64,000 nt of DNA from a virus (taxonomy: Duplodnaviria; Heunggongvirae; Uroviricota; Caudoviricetes), in IMG/VR virus record IMGVR_UViG_3300027734_000034, one strand, 5' to 3'. The position numbers and the translations under genes are program-made. This document shows positions 32,459-41,330 of the stretch, piece after piece. Position 1 is the stretch's first letter. Every line of letters begins with the position of its first letter. The notes beneath the pieces are model-generated. The model did not search any database, was not told where the DNA came from, and saw nothing but the letters and a program-made list of their open reading frames with translations.

Positions 32459-32905
32459 TTACTTAGTCAGTTCAGCAACTAGCAAGAAATGATCATAAGC
32501 CTTTTTTACAGCAGGGTTAGTCAATATCTTAGCTGCTTCACCTTCTAAAGCCTTGAGTCCTGCTTGAGCAATGTCGTATGATGAGGCACCACTTAGAGTA
32601 GCAAGTTCATCACCAAACTCTTTGGCCAGTTTCTTCCATGCCTTACGTTGACCTTCAGTGATAGGAGTTTGCTTTGGTTGCAATTCACTGGCCTTTTGCA
32701 TGGCTTGCATCATAGCATCTTCGGCCACCCGAGCAGCAGCAATCAGTGCAGCATAATCAGGATCAATGTTGTATCTACGGCTCTGCCCACCTGGATAGCA
32801 TATCACAAGATGACTACCTTTTGGAAAACTATCTAGCAAGTCATTGTCGTATTCAGCAACAGGAACATATTTCCTGCCGATCTTTTCGTAGTAAATTTTT
32901 TTCAT
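32459..32905 (-). CDS. hypothetical protein (148 aa)
   Basis: ORF only. Confidence 0.4.
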   Translation of the reverse strand: MKKIYYEKIGRKYVPVAEYDNDLLDSFPKGSHLVICYPGGQSRRYNIDPDYAALIAAARVAEDAMMQAMQKASELQPKQTPITEGQRKAWKKLAKEFGDELATLSGASSYDIAQAGLKALEGEAAKILTNPAVKKAYDHFLLVAELTK

Positions 32906-32906
32906 A

Positions 32907-33746
32907 TTATGTCCACAAACTGTCTCTAATCTTAATTAAACGAATCATCATTTCAGTATCTTCTTTATCGTAGGCTTTTTCAATCTTGTCTAACAACTTA
33001 TGAGCCTTATCACGAGATTTTATTTCATCAGGTGCTTTTGCACTCATACCAAGCCAAGTATCACCGTGCTTGTTACGTAAACTTTCACAGTATTCACTCC
33101 AGCCACTTGCTTTATATGGGTCAGGACGATTGCGATATGTAACTGTCCACCATGTGTAAAGTTCCTTAATCTCTTTAGCATGTAGTGCTTGACTAGTAGG
33201 TTTACCATAGTCGGGATCACTTTTGTCAACCCAATCACTATTAGTAAGAGTCATTGCCCAGTCAAGATGATCGATACCTGCTTGACTGCAACGCCAAGTG
33301 CGCCAACGCCACCAACCACTAGCATAGAAAGGAGGATCATATTTAGCACGATCTTCCTTGCTTCCCCACGCAATGTGGCTCCAGGCTTGTTCGACCTCGA
33401 CAAAATCAACCAACTCATTAAATAAGCATGGAAGGAACCTACTGCCAACATCACTCCAAGAACCAGGCTTAATATCACGATGATGTGCGGTAAGAGCATG
33501 AGTACGAGTAACATATCGGTTATTAATGTAATACTTGACATCATAAATCTTTCTAATAGGATAAGTTACAAAATCTTGAAGTTTACCAAGACCTTCCTCA
33601 GCTAACCAAAAACGAATAGGGTTATAACCTTTGGTGTTGTTAGCCCAATCATTCCATTCTTCACTAGTGCCTGACTTGAGTTTGGGAGTTCCACGAACCC
33701 AATCAGCGAAAGGGGTGCAACTCCAGTAATTACTATGTTGTGCCAT
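32907..33746 (-). CDS. hypothetical Trp-rich protein (279 aa)
   Basis: ORF only. Confidence 0.4.
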   Translation of the reverse strand: MAQHSNYWSCTPFADWVRGTPKLKSGTSEEWNDWANNTKGYNPIRFWLAEEGLGKLQDFVTYPIRKIYDVKYYINNRYVTRTHALTAHHRDIKPGSWSDVGSRFLPCLFNELVDFVEVEQAWSHIAWGSKEDRAKYDPPFYASGWWRWRTWRCSQAGIDHLDWAMTLTNSDWVDKSDPDYGKPTSQALHAKEIKELYTWWTVTYRNRPDPYKASGWSEYCESLRNKHGDTWLGMSAKAPDEIKSRDKAHKLLDKIEKAYDKEDTEMMIRLIKIRDSLWT

Positions 33747-34014
33747 TACTAAATACCTCTGGATTATCTTCTACTAATGCAATCAATGCGTGAGTTTGAA
33801 ACTTAACCTGTTCTTCTGTCATCTTTAGATTGTAGGCATGGTCCAGTATATGCAATACTTCATGCCACAATGCAATCTTTTTAGTTTGTTCAGTAAAGGT
33901 TTCGTTAATCCAAATCTCTTGACTATTGAATAATGCAAGGCCAATATTACCTTGCATTTCCTCAGGTGTCTTGTACAGTACTTCGTATGTTATTCCACAA
34001 ATTTTCAGTTTCAT
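33733..34014 (-). CDS. small protein with HEVLH motif (93 aa)
   Basis: ALWHEVLHILDH. Confidence 0.35.
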   Translation of the reverse strand: MKLKICGITYEVLYKTPEEMQGNIGLALFNSQEIWINETFTEQTKKIALWHEVLHILDHAYNLKMTEEQVKFQTHALIALVEDNPEVFSNGTT

Positions 34015-34015
34015 T

Positions 34016-34273
34016 TTATTCTCCTAATTTTTCCCATATCCACTCTGACTCTTTCATATGTGCTACTGGTATCAACCATTTGTACTGTATGCATTCAAGT
34101 ATAACACGCTTAAAATTGTCAGGGCATTCACGACTGATTTCAAAGCCAGCCCTTGGGATAGTGCTGAAACCTCGTTCATCATACATAATGAAGCCTGGAT
34201 CACCGAATCGTATTGATTTAATACGAAACTTTGGATCACTATTTTGGTAAGTTATTTTCATCTTCAAAATCAA
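34016..34273 (-). CDS. hypothetical protein (85 aa)
   Basis: ORF only. Confidence 0.35.
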   Translation of the reverse strand: MILKMKITYQNSDPKFRIKSIRFGDPGFIMYDERGFSTIPRAGFEISRECPDNFKRVILECIQYKWLIPVAHMKESEWIWEKLGE

Positions 34274-34487
34274 ACATTTCTCTAATAGATTTTATATACT
34301 GTGTTGGTAATACGCTAAATGTAGAAGCCTGCATAATTATAGCACAACAATCATTAATAATCAACTGTGCAAATTTATTATCTACTTTAGTTTGGTAACT
34401 TTTATAGGTAGGTTTTAGATTAGGGAAATTGTCCTTAACATATTGCTCGGCTGCTTTCTTATGCTCTTGTATTCTTTTCTCAATCAT
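34239..34487 (-). CDS. distant MNERI-family-like small protein
   Basis: MIEKRIQE..., NKFAQLIINDC resembles EKFAELIVxEC. Confidence 0.4.
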   Translation of the reverse strand: MIEKRIQEHKKAAEQYVKDNFPNLKPTYKSYQTKVDNKFAQLIINDCCAIIMQASTFSVLPTQYIKSIREMFDFEDENNLPK

Positions 34488-34635
34488 TACTTCCCGGGTA
34501 TAATTGCATCTGCAACTGCACCCACTGCCTTTGCTGTAACTTTCACTCCTGTCGCTACTACAGTAACACCTGCATCAGCAACTGCTACTACCGCACAACC
34601 ATGCAATAGTAAGCAACATATAATTAAAATCTTAT

Positions 34636-35637
34636 TCACGCTAGTACACCCACGTAAGGACTGTTCAACCATTTTGCGTATGTCTCTGCATTATCACTAA
34701 TTTTATTCAACTCATACTTGCCACAGAATTTCATCAAGTGTATTCCCACTTGTGGAATAGTAGTTCTGCGAACACCCTCACGAATGTTTGTATCTACTGA
34801 TAGTTTAACATCATCGGGCTGTGCTGTCAAGTCAATTAGGGTGCGGTTGCGTTCATAATCGTCACGCACACGATGTTCAACCCCTTCGTGATCGGACCAG
34901 CGTTGCAACATCAGATTGTTCCACTGGTAGCCTTGTTTATTTCTATCAGCATATGCCTCAATCAATCCAACTTTGTTCTTACTACCTTTCTCACGCACAC
35001 CGGGAAAGGCACTGAAAATATTGTCGGTTGCGTCACCGCGCATGGTCTTCTTGAATAGCAGATATTGTGGGTCCTCAAGTAGTTTAGGTTCTTTAGTTTT
35101 CTTATCTTTTACTGAACGACCCTTATCATCAAAGTATCCCTCAAGTGTAATTAGTTCACCACTTACGCCATTGTACTGTTTGACTTTGGGTGAAATCAAT
35201 TGTACGAAATCCGTGTCCGAACTGATGATAAAAATTTCATCCTCAGGATGCAAGTGAATGAAACGTGCAATCAAGTCATCAGCCTCAGCCTTAGGATCAC
35301 GCAATACACTACAGTTTGTGCGGTCTTTAAGGTAAGAGCAAAATGTATCATACGTTTGCCAAAACATGGTGTTTTCTTCAACCTCTGCCTCTGTTTGAGA
35401 CATTGTATCTACTACGCGGTTCTTCTTATACGGAGCGTACAAGTCCTTACGAAAGCTGCGACCTTCTAAACAGAACACTACATGATCAATTCCAAAACGT
35501 TTAACGATTTGATTAGTGCTAGCCAATGTAAGATGTAAGGCCATACCCACCTTCTCGTCAACTGTACTATTGCGTGATGCAATGTGCCGAGCGCGGAAGA
35601 ACGTATTTGCGGTATCAATGAGTGCGTATTTGGTCAT
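34636..35637 (-). CDS. rnh: RNase H / 5'-3' flap exonuclease (T4 rnh-like)
   Basis: YALIDTANTFFRARH N-terminus; DDLIARFIHLHPEDEIFIISSDTDFVQL matches T4 RNase H DDHIAVLV...ILIISSDGDFTQL. Confidence 0.6.
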   Translation of the reverse strand: MTKYALIDTANTFFRARHIASRNSTVDEKVGMALHLTLASTNQIVKRFGIDHVVFCLEGRSFRKDLYAPYKKNRVVDTMSQTEAEVEENTMFWQTYDTFCSYLKDRTNCSVLRDPKAEADDLIARFIHLHPEDEIFIISSDTDFVQLISPKVKQYNGVSGELITLEGYFDDKGRSVKDKKTKEPKLLEDPQYLLFKKTMRGDATDNIFSAFPGVREKGSKNKVGLIEAYADRNKQGYQWNNLMLQRWSDHEGVEHRVRDDYERNRTLIDLTAQPDDVKLSVDTNIREGVRRTTIPQVGIHLMKFCGKYELNKISDNAETYAKWLNSPYVGVLA

Positions 35638-35654
35638 GTGTGTATTATAGTCTA

Positions 35655-36113
35655 CTATTTAGTTTTTGTCAACTTGACTTCTTCCAAAAACATATCAGGA
35701 TTGGAATTGATGTTAGAGAATAGTAGTGGGTTATTAATAGTAAACGGGAGAAACTTTGACTTTACTTTTCTGATAGTATCATATGGGTAATTGACAATTC
35801 TATCAGCAACAAACTTTTCTAGGTCCTTGAGGTTAATTCCATGTACTGGATCTAACCATTCTAGTTTTTCATTGCTTAGTTCAAGCCTATATTCTGCCCA
35901 TTCTTTTTTAACGTATCGTTCTAAATCTTTAATCTGATGAATATCACCATAATATAGATTACAAAACTGTTGTGCAGCCGCAACGTGGTTAGAATATTCT
36001 AACAGTCTGTCAACGGGTAGATCCCTGAGTGTAATACCATATCCAAGCACAAGAGTTTGTGCTTGGATAATGTTATAGAACCACCCGTGATTAGAGAGTG
36101 TAGTTACCGACAT
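35655..36113 (-). CDS. hypothetical protein (152 aa)
   Basis: ORF only. Confidence 0.4.
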   Translation of the reverse strand: MSVTTLSNHGWFYNIIQAQTLVLGYGITLRDLPVDRLLEYSNHVAAAQQFCNLYYGDIHQIKDLERYVKKEWAEYRLELSNEKLEWLDPVHGINLKDLEKFVADRIVNYPYDTIRKVKSKFLPFTINNPLLFSNINSNPDMFLEEVKLTKTK

Positions 36114-37404
36114 TCTGACGAATATTCAGCGGAAGAGAATCATAGATATCATGCGTGATTCCCGGCGCTGGTGTGTAAATGAAATCACTTACATCAGTAG
36201 TAACCAAGTGCTTGCCGTGCATTTTCTTGTACATTTTAAGTACCAATGCCAATGCACAGTTATAAGGTGGAGTCTTGGCATCTTTGCCTTGAATCTTCAA
36301 CCATGCCTTGTGTGTTTCTGCGGTGATGCTACGCAACTCAGGGAAACCAACAAAGAAAGTTTTAACGATAGCATGAATGTCCTTCATGAATTCATCAAAC
36401 GCTTTGCCCTTCATTGGTACGTTGCCATTCATCAGTCCTGCATACAAGTGACCATAGAAACCAAATGCTTGCGAGTCCACTTCTGAACCATGCCAGAATT
36501 TATTGTTCATTGAAATAATGAACTTAAACTTATCCATGTCATCATCAGTAAAACTAGACAATGCCTTGATATGAGTCAGTGTACCAGCACGACCTGCATG
36601 AGCATGATTGGGTGCCATTGGAATTGTATCTTCACTTTCACAATGAGTTTGTTTCTCGGCAGCTAGTTTGTATTTGTCATTAGGACCATTGTCACCGTAC
36701 AACCGAAAGCTACGAACATGAACACGATGGTAGTCAAATTCATCCCAAGGCTTAGAACCTTCACCATTGCGATAGAGACCAGCTAACAGAGAAAAACTTT
36801 CTTGGTCAGTATCTACTACCCAGCATGGATATTCAAAATCAAGCCAATCTTCGGGGACGTTATCCCAGATACCTTCTTTTGCGAACGAACCAACTACAGT
36901 TAGTGTATGCATACTGTCGATAACCAATAGTTGATTAGTTCCTCGTAGTCGCACGATAAAGATAGGGCTTAGTAAGCGAGGATCAAACCCACTGCTAATT
37001 TTAGCACAATGAGGTTTATCCAGTAGACGTTGTACTTCCTCAGGGATAATTAAAGCACGGAGTTTGTGATTCTCAAATTTAGGAATGTCTATAATTTTAA
37101 ATTGAATGTTGTTTGCCTGTAAGAAAGCAATAACATTTTGAAACTTCTTGTAACCTGAAAGTTCATTAGTCAAATCAATTACATTCTTGTTTTTCAATTG
37201 AGATTTAGTCTTAGCCAAAACATTATCTAATTGACTAATATTTACCTTCTGACGATTTGGACGCCATACTAGTTTAGTCTTTGTAGAGGGGACCGTCGCA
37301 ATTACCACAGCGGCAGATTGACCATTCAATGCTGTCACGGAAGTTTTATTAGCGGTTGTTTTTGCTGTTGCTGTTTTTACAGCGGTTGCTTTTACTGTTG
37401 CCAT
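36091..37404 (-). CDS. hypothetical protein. The track start at 37488 is extended; the likely ATG is at 37404 with RBS AAGGAA.
   Basis: TAAGGAAAATAAA ATG GCA ACA; N-terminal Ala/Thr/Lys-rich low-complexity MATVKATAVKTATAKTTANK. Confidence 0.45.
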   Translation of the reverse strand: MATVKATAVKTATAKTTANKTSVTALNGQSAAVVIATVPSTKTKLVWRPNRQKVNISQLDNVLAKTKSQLKNKNVIDLTNELSGYKKFQNVIAFLQANNIQFKIIDIPKFENHKLRALIIPEEVQRLLDKPHCAKISSGFDPRLLSPIFIVRLRGTNQLLVIDSMHTLTVVGSFAKEGIWDNVPEDWLDFEYPCWVVDTDQESFSLLAGLYRNGEGSKPWDEFDYHRVHVRSFRLYGDNGPNDKYKLAAEKQTHCESEDTIPMAPNHAHAGRAGTLTHIKALSSFTDDDMDKFKFIISMNNKFWHGSEVDSQAFGFYGHLYAGLMNGNVPMKGKAFDEFMKDIHAIVKTFFVGFPELRSITAETHKAWLKIQGKDAKTPPYNCALALVLKMYKKMHGKHLVTTDVSDFIYTPAPGITHDIYDSLPLNIRQNVGNYTL

Positions 37405-37516
37405 TTTATTTTCCTTAAAAAAGTTTATATTGCTAAACACCATGTCTAGCAATAACTGCATTATACACGATTTTTTCTTTATTGTCAATAACTTTTTGGT
37501 TTATTTAACCAAATTG

Positions 37517-38035
37517 TTAGCTGACTTCTGTCCTCCCATCTCCTAGGTCCTTAGCACGGACCACTCTCATTTCTGAGGCCATTGCTCTATTTTCCGGATC
37601 AGCCTGTTGCTGTTCATAGAGTTCAAGTGCTACATTGCGACATACCGATTGAAACCAGCGTTCGGCAATGATAGTGTCTGTATCATCATCACGAATCTTA
37701 TATCCTGCACGAATTAGATTCAGAATGAATTTATCATTCCAATCAAGTTCAAACGCCCCAGTGTTAATATCATATGGATCAAGTTCCATCTTTAGTATAT
37801 TAACATACGGCAAACCAAGTTCATCTGCTTTTGCTTTGTCAGATACAGTTGGTTGTTCCTTCTGTACCTTAGGTGCCTTAGGTTTGCGAGGTTTCTTTAC
37901 CTTAGGCACTGCTGGGGGAGGAGCCAATAATTCCTCTAATGCTTTTTCTTTGCTACCAAAAAATCTATCAAATAGTCCCATTTTTATATCTCTCAAATAA
38001 TTTAAAGCTGGCAAGATTCTTTGCCTTTGATTCAC
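37517..38035 (-). CDS. hypothetical protein with Pro/Lys-rich linker (172 aa)
   Basis: ORF; PPAVPKVKKPRKPKAPKVQKEQP segment; overlaps UvdE 3' end. Confidence 0.4.
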   Translation of the reverse strand: MNQRQRILPALNYLRDIKMGLFDRFFGSKEKALEELLAPPPAVPKVKKPRKPKAPKVQKEQPTVSDKAKADELGLPYVNILKMELDPYDINTGAFELDWNDKFILNLIRAGYKIRDDDTDTIIAERWFQSVCRNVALELYEQQQADPENRAMASEMRVVRAKDLGDGRTEVS

Positions 38036-39023
38036 ACATTATATCAAAGTTATCACAGAATGTCAATGCCCAATCGTTCACAGCATCGTTCCAATAGTAG
38101 TCGCTATGTGCCCTAAGTTTCTGTTTGCTATGTCCATTTTCTAGCAAACGCTCCAACTCTGGGCGATCAGTAACGGAAAAGTCTCCGAGTACATCTTCGC
38201 GGCTAACACTGTAATGCATAGTAGGGCGAACACCCCGCCAACTGTCAATAACCCTTTTAACCCTGTCATCAGATGGGTCAATGTATTCTCCTTCACGTAT
38301 CCAATTATGGTGTATGTCCATGACCGTAGGCACGAGGTCAGATAGTGATAAGCAGTCAAGTAGTCCATGTGTATATTCCTCATTCTCTAGTGTAAGTGTG
38401 TTTCGGGCTTCGGGTGACAAACGATTGTACACATCACGAATGCCCTGTGGACCTTTACGACCACTGATGTGTACATTAACTTTGAAGTCTTGAAATGTTT
38501 TGCCATAGCCCATCCAACGAACCATGTCACAATGATATTCAAATTCTTCAATACTCTTATTTACTACTTCTTCACGGTCACTCGCTAAAACTACAAATTG
38601 GTCAGGGTGAAAACTAAGACGGACATCATTAGCCCGTGCAGTCTCGCCGATGGGACTGAACCATCGTGCTAGACTATCTTGCATTGTTTTATCTTGCCAA
38701 AAGTCTTGCCAACCATCCATTGTATAGAAGGGAAGCATGTCCGATGTAAGACGAACCATACGCAATGATGGTTCTAGTGATGACACTTTTTTAACTAGTG
38801 CATGAGTATTGAGAATGTTTTGCTTTGATACCTCAAGTATCTTTTCTTCTGCGGTGCTACGAGATTGTCTATTGATCCATGCACGGGTTGTACCGCCGGT
38901 GGTTAGTTCTCTGACAGAACAGACTTCACCTTTACTGTTTAGTTCACTAAATTTACAAGCAAAGCCTATGCGTTTGATAGATTGATTTGTCAAGATAAAA
39001 GTCCAAAGTGATAAATAATACAT
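37968..39023 (-). CDS. uvdE: UV damage endonuclease (UvdE/UvsE family)
   Basis: SFHPDQFVVLAS, NVHISG, LTLENEEYTHG, DIHHNW align with B. subtilis UvsE motifs SFHPNQFTLFTS, NIHVGG, MTLENDD, DYHHH. Confidence 0.6.
   Translation of the reverse strand: MYYLSLWTFILTNQSIKRIGFACKFSELNSKGEVCSVRELTTGGTTRAWINRQSRSTAEEKILEVSKQNILNTHALVKKVSSLEPSLRMVRLTSDMLPFYTMDGWQDFWQDKTMQDSLARWFSPIGETARANDVRLSFHPDQFVVLASDREEVVNKSIEEFEYHCDMVRWMGYGKTFQDFKVNVHISGRKGPQGIRDVYNRLSPEARNTLTLENEEYTHGLLDCLSLSDLVPTVMDIHHNWIREGEYIDPSDDRVKRVIDSWRGVRPTMHYSVSREDVLGDFSVTDRPELERLLENGHSKQKLRAHSDYYWNDAVNDWALTFCDNFDIMCESKAKNLASFKLFERYKNGTI
39010..39017 (+). promoter_or_regulatory. late-promoter-like box GATAAATA on plus strand 56 nt upstream of plus-strand gene cluster
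   Basis: GTGATAAATAATAC; same motif as minus-strand boxes. Confidence 0.3.
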
Positions 39024-39072
39024 ATAGTGTAACAGAATTACGCAATAAAGTCAACTATTTACGGACAACAAC

Positions 39073-40755
39073 ATGAGATTTACCGAATTTATATCTGAGA
39101 ACGAAAAGCCAGGATTATGGGCAAACATCCATGCCAAACGTGACCGAATCAAACATGGATCCGGTGAGCGTATGCGTAAGCCCGGAAGCAAGGGTGCTCC
39201 AACAGCAGATGCATTGAGAAAGTCAGCAACTGATGAAGCAGCTAATCCAGCACAGCAAGCAGCTATCGCTATCAATATGAAGAAGCATCATCAGAAGCCA
39301 AAAGGTGTGGCGGAAAGCGAGTTGGATAAATTTAAAAAGTATACCAGACCAGTTGTAAAGACTGAACCAAAGATCGAAAGAACAACTAATCCTGCAGGAA
39401 GAACAACTGACCATGTTGAATGGAAAGTTACAAGTCCGACGGGCGAGATTCACAGATATAAATCTAAAAAACAAGCACAAGAGCATTTTGATTCTTTTGG
39501 TCAGCAAGGTGTGGCGGAAGGCGACATGTATGGCGATCAAGAAGTAAGTTGGGAAAAAGGTGGTCGTAGAGCCCCAACTGGTGCATTTAAAAATCCTCAT
39601 ACCAGCGCATTAGGTCGAGCATTATATCGTGACCTCAGCAAGCAACCTAAATTAAGCCCGCAACAAGTCCAACGCAACAAAGAGCGTTGGGCACAGCGTC
39701 AAGCGGAGCGTGAGCAAGGTGTGGCGGAAGGCTCTGAAACACCACAACAGCAACAAGTTCGTGCTGCAATTACTAAAGGCATGGAAAAATGGGATAGTAA
39801 TAATAAGGCTACATATCAGAGTCAACCAACTAAAACTAATTATATGCCACCCAGCGGTTACGCTAGCGATTCATTGACAGGAGTAGATTCCATTGATCCT
39901 GATGGTACCGTGGTCATATCTCTTGGAAATACTGGTGCCGAAGCCACAATTAAAAAATTAGCAACATTAGGTGGTATGCCCGGCATTAAAACTAGACAAC
40001 TGCAATCACCAACCGTTTCATCTAGAGGTGTGGCGGAAGGCAGAAAGCCATTTCGTGATTTAAAATCTTGGGCTGACCACGCAAAATCACAAGGATTGAA
40101 AGTAAGCCCATCTGATCACATTGATTGGACACACGATGCTACTGATAAAGAAGGTAAGGTGCGTGGTAGATTTGTGACTACTAGTGTCCCACAAAATAGT
40201 CGAGGATTCATCCACCAGCAAGGTGTGGCGGAGGGAGAGAGTACTATTCTTTCTCCTGGAACACAAGTTACAGTACCTCACAAGGGAAAAATGGTTTCAG
40301 GTAAAATCGTTAGATATGATTCAGGCAAAGGTATAGAGTCCCCAGCATATATTGTTGATATCAGCGAATACGAATCACTCATCGTTCCAGTTTCTAGAGT
40401 GAAGCAAGACATGGATGAAGGCGAGAATTGGTCAAAGCACAATAACAAACGTGCAGGCGGGATGAGTAAAAAGAGTGTAGCCAGTTATCGCCGCAGTCAT
40501 CCTGGAAGCAAGATTCAAACAGCAGTCACAACTAAGCCTAGTAAATTAAAGAAGGGCAGTAAGGCAGCAAAACGCCGTGCTAGCTTCTGTGCTAGAATGC
40601 GTGGCATGAAGAAACATCGTACTGGTGCGAAAACAGCACACGATCCAAACAGCAACATAAATAAAAGTTTGCGTAGATGGCATTGCGAAAGTATTGAAGA
40701 ACTACACGAATTAGTAATGCTTGCCGAACAATTTATTAGGAACAATAAGAAATGA
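39073..40755 (+). CDS. CTS-bearing protein (N-terminus MRFTEFISE) with five QGVAEG repeats and basic C-terminus. Candidate internal head polyprotein.
   Basis: N-terminus resembles T4 IP capsid targeting sequence; repeats KGVAESE, QQGVAEGD, EQGVAEGS, SRGVAEGR, QQGVAEGE at about 70-100 aa intervals. Confidence 0.5.
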   Translation: MRFTEFISENEKPGLWANIHAKRDRIKHGSGERMRKPGSKGAPTADALRKSATDEAANPAQQAAIAINMKKHHQKPKGVAESELDKFKKYTRPVVKTEPKIERTTNPAGRTTDHVEWKVTSPTGEIHRYKSKKQAQEHFDSFGQQGVAEGDMYGDQEVSWEKGGRRAPTGAFKNPHTSALGRALYRDLSKQPKLSPQQVQRNKERWAQRQAEREQGVAEGSETPQQQQVRAAITKGMEKWDSNNKATYQSQPTKTNYMPPSGYASDSLTGVDSIDPDGTVVISLGNTGAEATIKKLATLGGMPGIKTRQLQSPTVSSRGVAEGRKPFRDLKSWADHAKSQGLKVSPSDHIDWTHDATDKEGKVRGRFVTTSVPQNSRGFIHQQGVAEGESTILSPGTQVTVPHKGKMVSGKIVRYDSGKGIESPAYIVDISEYESLIVPVSRVKQDMDEGENWSKHNNKRAGGMSKKSVASYRRSHPGSKIQTAVTTKPSKLKKGSKAAKRRASFCARMRGMKKHRTGAKTAHDPNSNINKSLRRWHCESIEELHELVMLAEQFIRNNKK

Positions 40756-41330
40756 AAAAACTACTAACGATACTTGCATTGACCTTCTTTGGTTCTGCAT
40801 TTGCCGGAGAGATTACAGTATGTGATGGACAGTATGCATTATGTGCTGCTAGTACTTGCAAACCAACTAACAAAACAATTACTGGTAATAACGGCGTAGC
40901 ATACCCAGAAGTAGAATGCCGTTGCCCAATACTTAAAGGTCGTGCTATCGCTGATACATCAGCAGGTAACATGCAAGGTTCATGTGCTGCAACTGATGAT
41001 AAACATGTTTGGAGTTTGTTTGCTCCTAAACTTTACTACCCACAAGAGGCTAGCAATTTTAGCAACAAACCAAAAGATAAAAAAGTAACTATACAAAAGT
41101 GTGATGCTAGTTTGAATCTAGGTGCAAAGTCTAGCAATTGCTTTAGTTGGAATTGTACGATAGGTAGTGATGGTATTGCACTATGCTCATGCCCAACTGG
41201 TCAAGTACCGGCAAATACTGCATTTTTAACAGAAGCAGGTCAAGGTAACCCAGAAGCATGTTCACAATACCCAGTAAGTTTACCAATCAAAGCGCAAGAT
41301 AAGGCTGAAGCTAAGGAAGCAAAAAAATGA
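40752..41330 (+). CDS. secreted Cys-rich protein (192 aa)
   Basis: Signal peptide MKKLLTILALTFFGSAFA; 14 Cys; start overlaps upstream stop. Confidence 0.45.
   Translation: MKKLLTILALTFFGSAFAGEITVCDGQYALCAASTCKPTNKTITGNNGVAYPEVECRCPILKGRAIADTSAGNMQGSCAATDDKHVWSLFAPKLYYPQEASNFSNKPKDKKVTIQKCDASLNLGAKSSNCFSWNCTIGSDGIALCSCPTGQVPANTAFLTEAGQGNPEACSQYPVSLPIKAQDKAEAKEAKK

Noticed and set aside
38141-38383. Track ORF 38141..38383(-), with a Cys-rich/hydrophobic translation, inside uvdE
   Set aside because: It lies in an alternative frame of the UvdE gene, and UvdE is supported by four conserved motifs.
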